A DNA stretch of 64,000 nucleotides from Zygnema circumcarinatum SAG 698-1b (taxonomy: Eukaryota > Plantae > Zygnematophyceae): NCBI GenBank assembly GCA_037447605.1, contig CM074806.1:558001-622000 (forward strand), read 5' to 3'. The translations under genes and the position numbers were made by a program. The notes under the pieces were generated by a model. It had not been told where the DNA came from, searched no databases, and was given only the letters and a program-made list of their open reading frames with translations. Positions 62,033-64,000 of this stretch are shown one piece after another; the first letter of the stretch is position 1, and every line of letters begins with the position of its first letter.

Positions 62033-63042
62033 CCGACATTTCAGGATGACCCGATACGATACGGCACGGCACGATATGATATTTTCTCAAAGGACGATAC
62101 GGTATCATACGATGCGATCGAGTGCAGAATGGTGCTCGGCGTTTGACGATATTGTCGAAGGTGCTCTATAAGGGGAGTTTGAGACGAAGGAAAGTTCGGT
62201 TATCGGGGTAATAGATGAATGAGGAGGGGGAGGTTTGGGGGAACGTGTAAAGGATGAGGGAGAGATTGCGAACACGTGTAGAGAGGGTATCGAGTAGGTT
62301 CATTTCATGGCCTCCCTTTTGTCTCTCTCTCTTTCCCACTGTCTCCCTTCCTGTCTCTCTCTTCTCTCCCTTCTCTGCTTGGGAGGTTCCAGGTTTAATC
62401 TTTGTAGGAATTTGTCCTTTTCAGGTTGCTTTTAGGCCGTTGGAATAAGTAACCATTCAAATGGTTCGAGACAGGCCGCAGCCTCTCCATGTTGCCAAAG
62501 ACTGTAAAAAGGAGAACGCCGGTGACATGTTTTCATCCACCTATTTCCATGATAGGCCCTGTCAAACTTCTGAACTGGTGCTGTACAATATAGAATTTTG
62601 CCGGCCAACGTAATGACCGCAGAGCACTCAATCGTGCTTTGCCAAGAAAAAATGTCGACAACTTTTTATCATTTTGTTTGTCTTTACGGGTGCGTTTCTA
62701 AGCGGACAAAGAAATAATCATGATCTCACGCATGCGATGCCATCAAGTGTACATGTTCAATATCATTATGGGGAACCACGAGGACTGCTCACCAAGGACC
62801 TAAGGGCAAAAGAAAAAAGCTCGTTCTCCGTTCTGCTGATTAGGATCGACTTCTCGGTCTCATATAACACGTGGAAGATCTAACGGTCAAGATTGCCATC
62901 CCGGACAATTCGGCTCCTCTCAGCCGTCGATCGGCGATGCCTCCGCCGCATCGAATCCGCAAGTGCAGACCGCCCCGCGAGTGGCTCCGCCCTGAACGGT
63001 CCTACGAAGCGTAGGATCGTACGGACGACCGTTAGCTGCATC

Positions 63043-63789
63043 TTACGCGCGCTCCGATTCGCGGAATTTGTGTTCCGTACAGTGGTCCTGATGGCAATTG
63101 CCGTACAGTAGTTCTGACGGCGGTTGCCGTACAGTGGTCCTTTCGGCTGTTACCGTACAGTGGTCCTGAGTCCTGACGGCAGTTTTCGTACAGTGGTCCT
63201 GACGGCAGTTGCTGACAAATGGCGGCACGTGGCATTTGCCACGATGCCTTCCCTGCTGGACCGTCGCTAGTCGACCGGGCAGGACCGAAAAATTTGAGGG
63301 CGCGATGCTTCCGTTATTGCCGTCAATGTCATTGTCAACGTAGAGGTACTCTTTCGAGAACGCATGTGGGCTCATAATGTTGTGCGCGACGCGACTGAAG
63401 CAATGGCGTAAGAGGCAAACTTCCTTGTGCAACTCGAGCCGAGTGACATTGTGTCCCCTCGACTGACTGTTCGTGGCGAGCGCGGAGTTCACACTGAGTT
63501 GGCCCTCCCTCATGGACGGTGCTAAGCGCATTTTTGGGGATGTTGTGTTGACCGATCCGACACGTCTCGATTTATTGTCGCGTGCAGAGCACCATGAAGG
63601 CATGGCTGCTCGCGATGGGGCCCTTCGCAAGGAGCGCGCATATGCCCACCGGAAACGGCCGACGAGTTTGTTCCTATGGCTATTGAGGTTTTTGGTTGCC
63701 TCGACACCCGTTTGCATACCTTCCTTCGCTAGTGCGCTCATCGCATTAGTGACCTTCGCTGCAAATGCTGCGTTGTTGCGCTTAGGCAT
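63043..63789 (-). other. Intronless 248-aa ORF of unknown nature inside repeat-derived DNA, possibly a decayed transposon gene
   Basis: No recognisable domain. An in-frame TAG separates it from an upstream ATG segment (MDKISIGNHEG...) that is repeated elsewhere in the window. Confidence 0.25.
63075..63215. repeat. Five tandem copies of a 26-bp unit (ccgtacagtggtcctgacggcagttg)
   Basis: Read directly; resembles transposon subterminal repeats. Confidence 0.8.
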
Positions 63790-64000
63790 AGTTTTTTGCT
63801 CCTAGCTTTTTTCTTTTGTGTTGAGGTCCTTAGCGATCTGTCCCTCGTGGTTCCCAATGCTGATTTTGTCCATGTACGTTGGATGGCCTAGCCATTGTGA
63901 GATCAATGCCACTTCCTTTCTTTTTGTATGGAAATAGGAGATGTGGCATTGATTAAAAAGAAAATAAGTGGCATTGATCTCACTGATCTCTTTTGTGAGA

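Noticed and set aside
1241-62448. Many long ORFs rich in SLSL, RERE, PPPP or GEGE (e.g. 1241-2047, 30610-31421, 36768-37652, 41594-42349, 48871-49770, 55201-55893)
   Set aside because: They are translations of CT/GA microsatellites that lack stop codons by composition; most lie in introns of identified genes.

Overview
Eukaryotic, intron-rich nuclear DNA from a green plant. The gene set and intron style suggest a non-angiosperm streptophyte (charophyte-grade alga or early land plant); this is inference. I reconstructed ten protein-coding genes by joining GT-AG exons, plus one truncated LRR gene: ABCI11 (-), a DUF268 methyltransferase-like protein with an N-terminal membrane anchor (+), a double-DOMON cytochrome b561 (+), RPI4-like ribose-5-phosphate isomerase (+), an NF-YC13/DPB3-like histone-fold protein (-), the LRR fragment (+), a NAT11/12-like nucleobase transporter (-), a PP2C (-), ATG12 (+), a CASP-like protein (+), SIRB (-) and an SRF-like LRR receptor pseudokinase (+). 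Family assignments come from recalled sequence motifs, not database searches. Introns and intergenic DNA hold GA/CT microsatellites, telomere-like arrays with a different repeat variant at each locus, and several non-autonomous DNA transposons: two hAT MITEs with perfect 8-bp TSDs, two long-TIR MULE-like elements and a foldback family with palindromic arrays. Five 10-N gaps occur at 16394, 22604, 26717, 38782 and 40073. Most ORFs in the supplied track are low-complexity artefacts. The best leads are the DUF268 gene as a candidate Golgi glycan O-methyltransferase, a six-cysteine module in the receptor ectodomain, a duplicated cassette of loop-less palindromes, and telomere-variant arrays sitting next to exon 3' ends.
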